64,000 bases of DNA from Promethearchaeati archaeon SRVP18_Atabeyarchaeia-1 (GTDB lineage: Archaea; Asgardarchaeota; Atabeyarchaeia; Atabeyarchaeales; Atabeyarchaeaceae). The notes under the pieces are model-generated. The model did not search any database. It saw only the letters and a program-made list of their open reading frames with translations, and was not told the origin of the DNA. Numbering within the stretch: position 1 is the first letter of the stretch; each line of letters opens with the position of its first letter. Where the stretch lies: positions 1,440,001 through 1,504,000 of the forward strand of contig CP147779.1 in the NCBI GenBank assembly GCA_037308085.1. The letters run 5' to 3'. The position numbers and the translations under genes are program-made. Positions 50,537 through 59,720 of this stretch are shown here, one piece after another.

Positions 50537-53500
50537 TTGGGAAAAAGGGTTTGCAGGGCATCGCTAGTGGCGATTTTCGTGGTCCTCCTAATGGGGATCA
50601 TTGTCACTGAGGTGCCAAATATCGGGAACGTCACCGACGTAGGCAAGCCCGCCTCGGAGAACCCGCTTTTCAGTCCAGCATTTAATGGAGTCAAGTTCTC
50701 TAGCTCGGGTCCTCCTCGTGGTGTTACAGAGTATCTGTCTGGCAATAAGGATATGACTCAGCAGAGTATCATTTCAGGAGGCACCGATACCCTCGGTATT
50801 GACATACCCAATGGATGGAGCCCGATAGATCTCTCTGCCAAGATCTATCAATTATCGGCAAATCAGAGCTTCCTACGTAACTCAGAGTTCGCAAATGGGT
50901 ATCGTCAGGATGCTACCCACGTGCTTCCGTCCTATTGGACCAACAAGAGTTCAGACGCTCCGGGCATTGCATATAACTTGGCAGAATGGGACAATGGCAC
51001 AGAGCAAGCTGTGTACACAGCTTCAGTCACGGGTCACAATCATCAGACTACAGAATTCGCTGGCTGGACGCAGCTAGTCTACATAAATGGGACCAGCCCC
51101 ACTAATACAATACTTGAATTCAAGATAAAGAGAGTCGGAGACATAGGGAATCCTGATAACCGTCACTTAATTGCCTATGCATATGTCAACGGGATACAGT
51201 TCATGAATTTGGAGTACCGGTACATCAATGCTTCTTATGACAGAGTAGTGATAAACGTGTCCAGTGCTGTTCCGTCGCTTCCAGCATTGGTGGACGTGAC
51301 CCTAATGATGGGCTATTCCGGTCATATGAACCCCAGCCCGAGCGCCTACATATACTTTGACAGCGTCTACTTGCACACGAACTGCTCAGTTGTTCCTAAA
51401 GCCGTAGACTTGAAGCTGAATGGAGCGTCTATTTCGGGTCGGCGATACGGACAAGGGGCGGCGTCCCTCCACGGCGTGCTGGCTACGCCTTTCACTTTCA
51501 CATCCAATACTACTGGCTCTGTTCGCTTCAAATGCAACTCAACCATAGTCATTTTCGAAGCCAAGTTGAGCGACCTAGTTACACTTATCGCCATACAGGG
51601 ATCAAATGTGAGCAACAATGCTAGCAAAACATCATTCTTTGATGCTAGTTCTTGGACTTTAGGTTCCACCCTGTATACCCGAGACGTGCTGAATGTGTCG
51701 ATCCCACATGACTGGATCTATTCTGGCGTCATTTTCCCCAACGGCACCAAGGTGGCGGGAGAAAGCCTTGGTCGCATAAAGAAGTATGACAATGTCTCGT
51801 CTTGGATAATAAGTCTGAACGTAACCTCGATAGGATCCTATGGGCCCAGCCCCTACGTAGTTCAGGCAACCTCGCCAAACTATCTGGGTGCTGTATCCAC
51901 TTTCAGGAAGATCACTGGAGACTGGACACCCGCGAGCTTCTTCGTAAATGGTAGCAGAATAATGATAAACGCAACAGTTCAAGGAGGCAGCTCCTCCCAT
52001 GGCAGCGCTTATGCAGTCTTCTACAACGCTTCCGACTACAGTGTGTGGAAGAACATGAGTTCATACGCAGTGAACCCAGGTGGCACTGGAATCTTATCTT
52101 TCAATTTTGCCTGGTCAAACGCCAACGTCACGGCGTCCAACCTGATATCCCTAGTTCTTTGGAGTAATAGCAGCGAGGTGGGTGTGAATTGGATTCCCAT
52201 AACCTTTGACCTGACCCCGCCTCAGGTGAGGATCGCACTCCCCTACTCCAGCCTATGCGCGGGTGGAACAGCCGACGTAACTGTTTCAAATCTGGATGCC
52301 CATCCGAGGAATATCACCCTCTTCATCGACGGATCTCAGGTTGGAACATGGACTTCTCCCAGCGCCACTTATACGTGGAACACAAGGCTGCTCCCTGATG
52401 GCCTGGTTCAGTTGAAGGTTACGGGATGGGACTGGGTTGATCACGTGAATACTACCACATTTCAGGTAATCGTGGATAACACTCCCCCGACATTGACGAC
52501 CAATTTCCCCGCAAATTACTCTTATGTCCACAGGACGGTTACGTTAACTGCATCGTTCACAGATGCAAACCCCAAGAATGTCACTATCCTCTTGGCGGGT
52601 GTGCCCTCTTTCAGTTCGTCTGGACCTGCTACTTTCTACTGGAACACTAGCCTTCACACGGATGGGCCTGTCGAGCTGACTGCAATATCCTGGGATCAGG
52701 CTGGGAATTTCAACAGGATCAAGTCGCTTGTTACCATCGATAATACTCTGCCGACCCTGCGCGTAAACTTCCTGAATGCTAGTCTATACACCCGCGGGAA
52801 TATCACAATAAGCATCTCATGTACGGATATTAATTTCAAGAACGTGACACTGTCCCTGGGCGGGACCCCTGTTGGCGCTTGGACCTCCGCCAAGCCCAAC
52901 TACAAGTGGAACACTACTACTTGGTTAGACGGCGGATACCCTCTGACTGTGAACGGGTGGGACTTGGCTGGGAACAATAATATGACATCAATGATCGTAT
53001 ATGTCGACAATACTCCTCCAACAGCTCCTACGCTCATCTACCCGAATAACGGGGAGGAATTCAACGTTACAACCCTCACCTCGCCGCTGCAATGGCAAGC
53101 CGCCTCGGATTTTGGTTCCGGCGTGGATCACTATATTCTGCAACTGGATACGTCGCCACTGTTCAGCTCTGCCAACCTCAGAACAATCTCTGTGCCCGGC
53201 GTGAACTACTCGATTCCAGTTGCTAGTCCTCTTTATGATGGAAATTGGTCCTGGCGTGTAAGCGCTGTTGACCGAGTCGGCAATCCCGGAGGATACTCAT
53301 CCCCAAGATCATTTCAAGTGGTCGTCAGGTTGGCTCCCCCGCCTGGAGGTCTACCCATAACTGTCATACTTGGTCTTGGGGTAATTCCTGTAGTAGCGGT
53401 ACTGTCATCAATCATATTTCTGAGAAGAAGAAAGGCTGAACCCGAGGAATACGACAGAAAGAATCTCCGTGTCGCATACGTATTTGCTGGCGACGGGCGC

Positions 53501-54517
53501 GCAATGTTCTCGCATCAGTTCAAGGAAGTCAAGGTGGAGCCGCAGCTGGTTTCAGGTTTTCTCACGGCCATATCGGAGATGATGAAGGAGGTCGTGGGAG
53601 GAGATAGGCGGCCGCTGAAGACCATTGAGAGAAGCGATGCCAAGATAATCATTGAGTTTGGCACTATGGTGACCGGAGCTCTCGTAGCATCGAAGTCATC
53701 TCGCGAATATAGGCGGCGTCTAAAGGCATTTCTGAGAAGATTCGAGGACGATTACGCCGACAGGATCACAAATTGGGACGGAGATCAGTCAATATTCCAA
53801 GCTGCGCCCGAAACAATTGAGGAAGCCTTCAGCGAAAGAGCAAAAACAACAACTTATCCAACTATCGGAGGTCTAGAAGACCTGCTCTTCACGGGTAAGC
53901 TGAGCGGCGTGGCCGTATCTGTAGCCGGCAAGACTGGCAGTGGAAAAACGGAATTCTGCTTGAGATATGCGTCTTCTCTTCTGAAGAGGGGAAAACCCGT
54001 AATAGTGATCGCGGCGTCGCTGGCACCCAAAGATGTAAGAGAAGCGCTGAAGAGCGACGACGTGGATCCCGTCCAAGCAGAGAAGGCTGGAAGCCTCGTA
54101 CTATACGATGCATTTTCCGAAATCTCGGGCGTTCACACCACCGAGAAACTGAGATTCGGCAGCCCTGGAGAACTCAACAAGATCAATCTCTCACTGTCCA
54201 GAAATCTCAGTGAACTCAAGAACGCGACAATAATCTTTGACTCTTTGTCGGCGATGGCCGACTATAGCGAATTGGAGCTCGTAGTTGACTTTGTAAGAAC
54301 TGTCAAAGTGAAAATACTACAGGGTGGACATACGGCCCTCTTCATCGTCGATTCATATGCCCACGACAAGAATCAGCTGAATTACATCTTTTCTGCGATG
54401 GATGGAGAAATCGAGACGGCAACCGAGACCACTAAGAAAGGAGAGCAGGAAATGCTCGTCTCCTTCAAGAGGCTGAAGGGCTTCAAGGTAAAGCCTGGAT
54501 TCCACGAGTTCAAGTAA
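50537..54517 (+). CDS. Receptor-like surface protein: ectodomain, Ig/FN3-like repeats, TM, longin-like domain, KaiC-like ATPase domain
   Basis: Signal peptide, DNTPP / WNT..DG / WD.AGN repeats, TM followed by RRRK, then LVSGFLTAI...F..RFE..Y...WDGD..F (longin-like), then GKTGSGKT and IIFDSL. Confidence 0.8.
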   Translation: MGKRVCRASLVAIFVVLLMGIIVTEVPNIGNVTDVGKPASENPLFSPAFNGVKFSSSGPPRGVTEYLSGNKDMTQQSIISGGTDTLGIDIPNGWSPIDLSAKIYQLSANQSFLRNSEFANGYRQDATHVLPSYWTNKSSDAPGIAYNLAEWDNGTEQAVYTASVTGHNHQTTEFAGWTQLVYINGTSPTNTILEFKIKRVGDIGNPDNRHLIAYAYVNGIQFMNLEYRYINASYDRVVINVSSAVPSLPALVDVTLMMGYSGHMNPSPSAYIYFDSVYLHTNCSVVPKAVDLKLNGASISGRRYGQGAASLHGVLATPFTFTSNTTGSVRFKCNSTIVIFEAKLSDLVTLIAIQGSNVSNNASKTSFFDASSWTLGSTLYTRDVLNVSIPHDWIYSGVIFPNGTKVAGESLGRIKKYDNVSSWIISLNVTSIGSYGPSPYVVQATSPNYLGAVSTFRKITGDWTPASFFVNGSRIMINATVQGGSSSHGSAYAVFYNASDYSVWKNMSSYAVNPGGTGILSFNFAWSNANVTASNLISLVLWSNSSEVGVNWIPITFDLTPPQVRIALPYSSLCAGGTADVTVSNLDAHPRNITLFIDGSQVGTWTSPSATYTWNTRLLPDGLVQLKVTGWDWVDHVNTTTFQVIVDNTPPTLTTNFPANYSYVHRTVTLTASFTDANPKNVTILLAGVPSFSSSGPATFYWNTSLHTDGPVELTAISWDQAGNFNRIKSLVTIDNTLPTLRVNFLNASLYTRGNITISISCTDINFKNVTLSLGGTPVGAWTSAKPNYKWNTTTWLDGGYPLTVNGWDLAGNNNMTSMIVYVDNTPPTAPTLIYPNNGEEFNVTTLTSPLQWQAASDFGSGVDHYILQLDTSPLFSSANLRTISVPGVNYSIPVASPLYDGNWSWRVSAVDRVGNPGGYSSPRSFQVVVRLAPPPGGLPITVILGLGVIPVVAVLSSIIFLRRRKAEPEEYDRKNLRVAYVFAGDGRAMFSHQFKEVKVEPQLVSGFLTAISEMMKEVVGGDRRPLKTIERSDAKIIIEFGTMVTGALVASKSSREYRRRLKAFLRRFEDDYADRITNWDGDQSIFQAAPETIEEAFSERAKTTTYPTIGGLEDLLFTGKLSGVAVSVAGKTGSGKTEFCLRYASSLLKRGKPVIVIAASLAPKDVREALKSDDVDPVQAEKAGSLVLYDAFSEISGVHTTEKLRFGSPGELNKINLSLSRNLSELKNATIIFDSLSAMADYSELELVVDFVRTVKVKILQGGHTALFIVDSYAHDKNQLNYIFSAMDGEIETATETTKKGEQEMLVSFKRLKGFKVKPGFHEFK

Positions 54518-55307
54518 ACCCGCTCTCTCTGGTCATGGCTAGGGGGGTTCTTCCGATTACTCGCTCGTGAAGGTGAACGGTTATTCCATCTGCGTTGATC
54601 TCGAATGGTCTCAAACCAAGAGTGTGGCTTACCCCCCGCATCTTTCTTACCTCCACAGCTCTGATGCGCTCAGTTGACTGCTCGAGCATGTAAAGAATTA
54701 TGACGCCGTCGGTAGTGAACTCCTCAACGCCGTACCTGCCGAAAGCTTGGGATCCTCTCACTATCTCTGAAGTCAGAAGTGAGGTGCAGCCCATCTTGTC
54801 CAAGACCCTTGATAGTCCGAAGATCTCTTTTCGGACCTCGAAAGGTTCCTTGAAGTGACTCCCGAGTATTGTGATGGGGTCTATCACCACCCTGGTGGCA
54901 TTTACCTCTCGAACCGCCTCCTGTATCTCCTGGTAGAAATCTTCAGCCAGGAATTCCGAGAGCGTGAAAGGCTTGACTTTTGTCGGTATGCTGTTGGATA
55001 TGTCGGCTGGTCTGGCAATCGAAGCGTCAACAATCTTGAGTCTGCCTTGTGCTATTAGGTCAGCTAGATCCCAGCCGAAGCCGAGCTTTGCATTCCTTGC
55101 GATGCTGGAGGGGGGCTCTTCGAGGGTGACGAGGACGCCGTTTTCCCCATAAAGTTCAATGCCCTTTACTAGGAATTGGCATCCGAATATGGTTTTTCCG
55201 GCGCCTGGTTCACCCGCAACCAGGTATGCAGAACCCTTGAGAAGCCCGCCGCCGATCAGTTCGTCCAGCCCTGGGATCCCTGTCGGAACCTTGACAAACT
55301 CCTCCAT
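54510..55307 (-). CDS. Single-domain KaiC/RAD55-like ATPase
   Basis: TGIPGLDELIGGG, GEPGAGKT, VTLEE, VVIDP, DGVIIL, KMRG. Confidence 0.92.
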   Translation of the reverse strand: MEEFVKVPTGIPGLDELIGGGLLKGSAYLVAGEPGAGKTIFGCQFLVKGIELYGENGVLVTLEEPPSSIARNAKLGFGWDLADLIAQGRLKIVDASIARPADISNSIPTKVKPFTLSEFLAEDFYQEIQEAVREVNATRVVIDPITILGSHFKEPFEVRKEIFGLSRVLDKMGCTSLLTSEIVRGSQAFGRYGVEEFTTDGVIILYMLEQSTERIRAVEVRKMRGVSHTLGLRPFEINADGITVHLHERVIGRTPLAMTRESGFT

Positions 55308-55460
55308 ACTACCTACACCCCTACAAATCTAGCATTCTAATTATTTGCAGAGGAAGTAATAAATCTGCCCCCAGAGTGGTTATCATAGAAACTGCCCGGC
55401 TCAGAGTGAGAGCGGCAAAAAAAGGCTCTGTCTTACTTTCCAACTGATCCGAAAGGCACA

Positions 55461-55496
55461 AAATAGGAAAAAGAATGGACCGCTAAGAGTCCATTC
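55461..55496 (-). terminator. Hairpin plus T-rich tract downstream of thiolase
   Basis: GAATGGAC/GTCCATTC stem (55473-55496) followed on the minus strand by TTTTTCCTATTTT. Confidence 0.4.
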
Positions 55497-55522
55497 GCTA
55501 GATTCAACCGGGGGTTGTCCAC

Positions 55523-56722
55523 TTACTTTTCTCTCTCAATTATCGTTGCGATGCCTTGGCCCATGCCGACGCACAAGGTTGCTAGCCCATACTGGACATT
55601 TCTGCGTTCCATTTCGTTGAGCATCGTTGTGATGAGCCTCGCACCCGAACACCCCAGAGGGTGTCCAAGCGCTATGGCTCCTCCGCATGGGTTGATTCTC
55701 TTGTCATTCATGAAGTCGTCGAATTTCTCGCCCCATTCCGAGCCCGTAGCTATGCAGACTGATGCGAATGCCTCGTTGATCTCGATTACTCCCATGTCCT
55801 TTATGGTCAGACCTGCGCGTTTCAGGGCTTTGGCTGAAGACGGTGCTGGCCCGGTCAGAGCGATGACGGGATCCACTCCAACAACCGCCATGGACTTTAT
55901 CGTCGCCCTAGCCTTCAGACCAAGTTCGTCCGCCTTATCGCGTGATCCCAGCAATATTGCGCATGCTTGGTCGTTTATGCTTGAGGAATTTCCGGCAGTG
56001 ACCTTTCCAGTTGGGGGCTTGAATGCCGGGGGAAGCTTCGCAAGTTTTTCTAGTGAAGTCTGCTCTGGGACTCTTCTGGCTCCTTCATCCTTCTCCACAA
56101 CCTTGACGGTGCCGTCCGGCTGCTTGACATCGGGCATGGGTACGATTTCATTCTTGAATTTGCCTGCGTCTTGGGCAGCTACCGCTTTCTGGTGGCTTGA
56201 AAGCGCGAATTTGTCCATTTGTTCCCTTGGAATCTTGTATTTCTCTCCAACGGCTTCGCCAGCAAGACCCATGTTGGTGATTGGGTACTTCTTGTATAGT
56301 TTGGCCGCCGCTAATGAGTTTATGACTCCATCTGCGATTCCCATGGCGAACCTCGACATGTTCTCAACGCCGCCACCTACGGCGAAGTCAGCGTTTCCAG
56401 TCATTATTTCGCTGGCAGCAAATTGTACTCCCGTCATCCCTGAGGCGCAGAACCTGTTGAGTGTGACGCCAGCGACGCTGATGGGGTATCCCGCTTCGAG
56501 TAGTGCTACTCGGGCGAGATTTCCAGCTTGGTCTCCGAACTGCGTGTTGCAGCCAATTACGACATCCTCAATTTGGCTGGAATCTATCTTTGTCCTGTCA
56601 ACTAGGGCCTTTAGGCAGTGAGCTAGCATGTCATCTGATCGAGCTTTGCTAAGTTGCCCTTCTCTCTTTCCAGATGCCGTGCGCACAGCATCGATTATCA
56701 CAGCTTCACGGAGTTCAGTCAT
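55523..56722 (-). CDS. Thiolase (second paralogue)
   Basis: NRFCASG, NEAFA, GHPLGCSG, CVGMGQG. Start probably ATG 56722. Confidence 0.95.
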   Translation of the reverse strand: MTELREAVIIDAVRTASGKREGQLSKARSDDMLAHCLKALVDRTKIDSSQIEDVVIGCNTQFGDQAGNLARVALLEAGYPISVAGVTLNRFCASGMTGVQFAASEIMTGNADFAVGGGVENMSRFAMGIADGVINSLAAAKLYKKYPITNMGLAGEAVGEKYKIPREQMDKFALSSHQKAVAAQDAGKFKNEIVPMPDVKQPDGTVKVVEKDEGARRVPEQTSLEKLAKLPPAFKPPTGKVTAGNSSSINDQACAILLGSRDKADELGLKARATIKSMAVVGVDPVIALTGPAPSSAKALKRAGLTIKDMGVIEINEAFASVCIATGSEWGEKFDDFMNDKRINPCGGAIALGHPLGCSGARLITTMLNEMERRNVQYGLATLCVGMGQGIATIIEREK

Positions 56723-57016
56723 TTTTCGATCAATTCCTCCTTCAATCAATTGCCTCGATAGACAAAACAATCCTCAGTCTTCGATCAACCACTCTAATCT
56801 GCTACTTGCAGTCAGATGGTATTATAGCGTTATTTGATCACAAGCAGAATGACGGTCTTATTTAAGCCTTTACTACCACTGGCAGTATGCGAATGATTAC
56901 GGTCGATTTGTGACTCGCGTCTTCAGCTTGGAGTAAAATCCATTCATGAAGACCTTTTGCTGTAACTTTCCTTACATAATCTCATGAAAAAAAGCAGCTC
57001 CGAACTGAGGAATGAA

Positions 57017-57838
57017 TCAAAGCAGCTTCAATGGATCTGAAGTGACCGCTGGTTCTCCCTTAACTTGGTTGGCTATCTCCCATGCTTTTCTGACGTTCTC
57101 TTCGTCTCCCTCAAGCATCAACGTCACTGAACCTTCAGCCCCCGCTATGCCGCCACCTGCCAAGGGAACTGCTTCAACATTTGAGAGGATCTTGAAAGAT
57201 GCTATTTCAGTGACGACTTCGCCGGGAAGAAGGTATATCTTGAATAGTGGCAGTCCCATCTGTTTCCATATCTTCACATTGCCTTCTTCGAGTCTTCTCT
57301 TAACGTAGTTTAGGGACCATGGGATAGTCTTCTCAAGCCCAACTGGTACGACGAGTTTCATCCCGTTGTTCTTGAGGGCCTTCCAGGCTGCTCCTATCGT
57401 TCCGCCAGCTGGATCCACCGTAATCACGCCAGCGTTCCCCTCGTGGTCGATCGCATTGGCACCCTTTATGAAAACGTCCTTGGGACCCATTCCTTCAAAC
57501 AACTTGGGCAAGTCAGCAGGTTTGATCTCTGTTATCTCGCCCCTTCGAATCAGCAGGGGGTAGAGCCTCTTGGAGACGTTTGTCATTCCTAACCCTTGCG
57601 GCGTTATTATTCCCGCGCTGAAATGCTGCTTGTCGATTCTTCTCCCTGTCACTTCCTCGGCTACGAATGAGTTGGTGGTTCCAACTCCAATGAGGACCGA
57701 GCCATCCTTAAGGGCTCCACTCACAACATCCATCTTGGCAACCGCCTTGCCGATGATCCTCTTCGACTCGGAAGGAGTTAGCGTCACAACGATTCTCGCG
57801 ATTTTCGCATTAACCAAGAAATGGTCACCACGCTTCAA
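57017..57838 (-). CDS. Conserved hypothetical protein (possibly NagB/RpiA/CoA-transferase-like fold)
   Basis: LTPSESKR, GTTN, KGANAID, GGTIG, PVGLEK, AGG..GAEG motifs. Fold assignment tentative. Confidence 0.65.
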   Translation of the reverse strand: MKRGDHFLVNAKIARIVVTLTPSESKRIIGKAVAKMDVVSGALKDGSVLIGVGTTNSFVAEEVTGRRIDKQHFSAGIITPQGLGMTNVSKRLYPLLIRRGEITEIKPADLPKLFEGMGPKDVFIKGANAIDHEGNAGVITVDPAGGTIGAAWKALKNNGMKLVVPVGLEKTIPWSLNYVKRRLEEGNVKIWKQMGLPLFKIYLLPGEVVTEIASFKILSNVEAVPLAGGGIAGAEGSVTLMLEGDEENVRKAWEIANQVKGEPAVTSDPLKLL

Positions 57839-57879
57839 CAGTTCTGAATTATGTTCTAGCCAAGATAACCCGTAGAGAG

Positions 57880-58542
57880 CTAGATCTTCACGAGCTCGAC
57901 TGTGACCTCTGGCTCCAAGGATACGATTGCTGCTCTGCGTGTGAACGCTGGACCAGGGTTAACTGCCACCGTTGAGTTAATCTTCTCCACACCGGCAGCT
58001 TCATGAATATGTCCACAGGAAGCTAGGATCGGTTTCTCTCTCAAAATGAACTCCTTGACACTCTTGCTCCCAACGTTGGTTCCTATCGTTGTCTTATCAA
58101 GAGAAGTTGAGTTTGGAGGATCATGAGAAACAAGAATTAGCTTGTCTCTGCTCGTAGTGGAGCTGAGCGCCTTGTTCAGTGCAGCCTCGATCTCTTTGTC
58201 ACTAGTGGTGAAAGGAGACCAAAATGGCGCAGGCACGGCACCAGAGACGCCGACAAACGTGTATTCCCCGATCATGTGCGACCTACCGTGGAGACAGAAG
58301 GCGCCTGAGCCGTCAACACCATTAGAGATCTCCGGGGGATCGAAATTGCCTGAAACGTAGAGAACGTTCGGCGTAGCATCAAGCAGCGTATTCAGAAGAT
58401 ACTCAGCGTCTTCAGCTGTTCCCGCATGCGTTATGTCGCCGGAAACAATTATGGCATCCAGATGCTTCTCCTCGAAATACCTGACGACGCCCAAGGCCGC
58501 TTCAACTTCTCCGTGGTAGTCTGCCGTCACGATCAGATTCAT
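57880..58542 (-). CDS. Calcineurin-like metallophosphoesterase
   Basis: DYHG, GDIT, GNFD, HDPP, GHIHE, NPG. Confidence 0.9.
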   Translation of the reverse strand: MNLIVTADYHGEVEAALGVVRYFEEKHLDAIIVSGDITHAGTAEDAEYLLNTLLDATPNVLYVSGNFDPPEISNGVDGSGAFCLHGRSHMIGEYTFVGVSGAVPAPFWSPFTTSDKEIEAALNKALSSTTSRDKLILVSHDPPNSTSLDKTTIGTNVGSKSVKEFILREKPILASCGHIHEAAGVEKINSTVAVNPGPAFTRRAAIVSLEPEVTVELVKI

Positions 58543-58784
58543 CTTTGGCTCCTCCTTTTCGACATGGCTTGATAACTATCCGATCAAGAGGAAAGACGCA
58601 GAGAGCTACCCTGCCTCCACGATCCGCCCAGAACTGATTGGGCGCTTAAGTGTAAGTCGGTGCAGACATGAGATAAAGGCTTTTTCTCCTTGGCTGGGAG
58701 CGCGCTACACGTGAATCCGATGATCAGTATTAATACGTAATGGGCGAGACCACTTGAGGATCTTGCATCGCAAATGTCAGCAGG

Positions 58785-59312
58785 TTAAGCGCCACTTCTT
58801 CTTAGCTTGCCACGCGTGCTTGCTGATCCCTTAAGCGCAGACCTAGCGCTTAACGTGGCCAGCTTGCTTTCGACTTCTGCGGCAGATTCATAGTCACCAC
58901 TCTGCCTGTACAGAGTAGCCGCCTCCACAAGCGCCTTATTTGCTTCTTCTTCCCGCCCAGACTCATGAAGCGTCAATCCCAGCCAATGCCACGCCTTACC
59001 CAGTCCTGGGCGTATCTCGATTACTTTCTTGAAAGAATCTGCTGCACCCCTGAAGTCCTTAGAGTTGTACTTAGTGCGTCCCATATCCATCCAAGTATTA
59101 AGATCAGAAGGATCAAGTTGAGATGCAATGCTCAGTGCCTTTAGCCCCTTCTTGAGGTCCCCCTTGATCATGAAGGCAGACCCCAGGTTCTTCCAGGCCT
59201 TAGCATACTTGGGATCAAGCTCAAGTGCTTTCATGTAACACTTGATCTCTTCATCAATGTTTCCCCTGATACCGTTCTCAACCCCTCTCCTAAACCAAAG
59301 CTCAGATGACAG
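58785..59312 (-). CDS. TPR-repeat protein, probable non-canonical start
   Basis: TPR repeats (KALELDP..AW.NLG). The frame stays open 28 codons upstream of the track ATG, completing the first TPR. CTG at 59312 or ATA at 59318 follows a GAGGGG RBS. Confidence 0.75.
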   Translation of the reverse strand: MSSELWFRRGVENGIRGNIDEEIKCYMKALELDPKYAKAWKNLGSAFMIKGDLKKGLKALSIASQLDPSDLNTWMDMGRTKYNSKDFRGAADSFKKVIEIRPGLGKAWHWLGLTLHESGREEEANKALVEAATLYRQSGDYESAAEVESKLATLSARSALKGSASTRGKLRRSGA

Positions 59313-59542
59313 TTCTATTCAGTCCCCCTCTTGTCGGGATGACAGAAACCCATTTCCACGGTAAGACGCTCAGCGGTTCCCTCAGAGATCGGATTTCACG
59401 ATCCCAGTATCCAGGTTGATATGGACAAACGTGTAGTATGCTACCTTAACATTTCCGACGTAATTTCATATATAGCTTTCTCTCGCACATCTACGCGTCA
59501 CGTCTTTGCATAAGAAGGTTCAGGTGAGATTCCAGATTGCAC

Positions 59543-59720
59543 TCGTTCTACGTGCTTGACGACCGTTGTCCGAAACTTACCCGTTTAGGGCGCCGCCCAA
59601 ACGGCGTTCGGTTCCTGCTTCATCGGCGGGCACCTGCCACGCGGCATGAACCTCCCGCCTCTCGCAGGCGTTTAGCGTCTCCGCCCAACTGGCGGCGACG
59701 AATGCTAAGTTTAAAGCGGC
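59543..59720 (-). ncRNA. Predicted TnpB omegaRNA (scaffold over tnpB 3' end plus ~20-nt flank guide)
   Basis: Hairpins such as CCGTTTGGGCGGCGCCCTAAACGG just before the right end. Predicted guide TCGTCAAGCACGTAGAACGA. 5' boundary approximate. Confidence 0.65.

Noticed and set aside
58566-58660. Hairpins and GAGGAAAGAC suggesting RNase P RNA or a riboswitch
   Set aside because: Too short, and the other conserved elements are missing.
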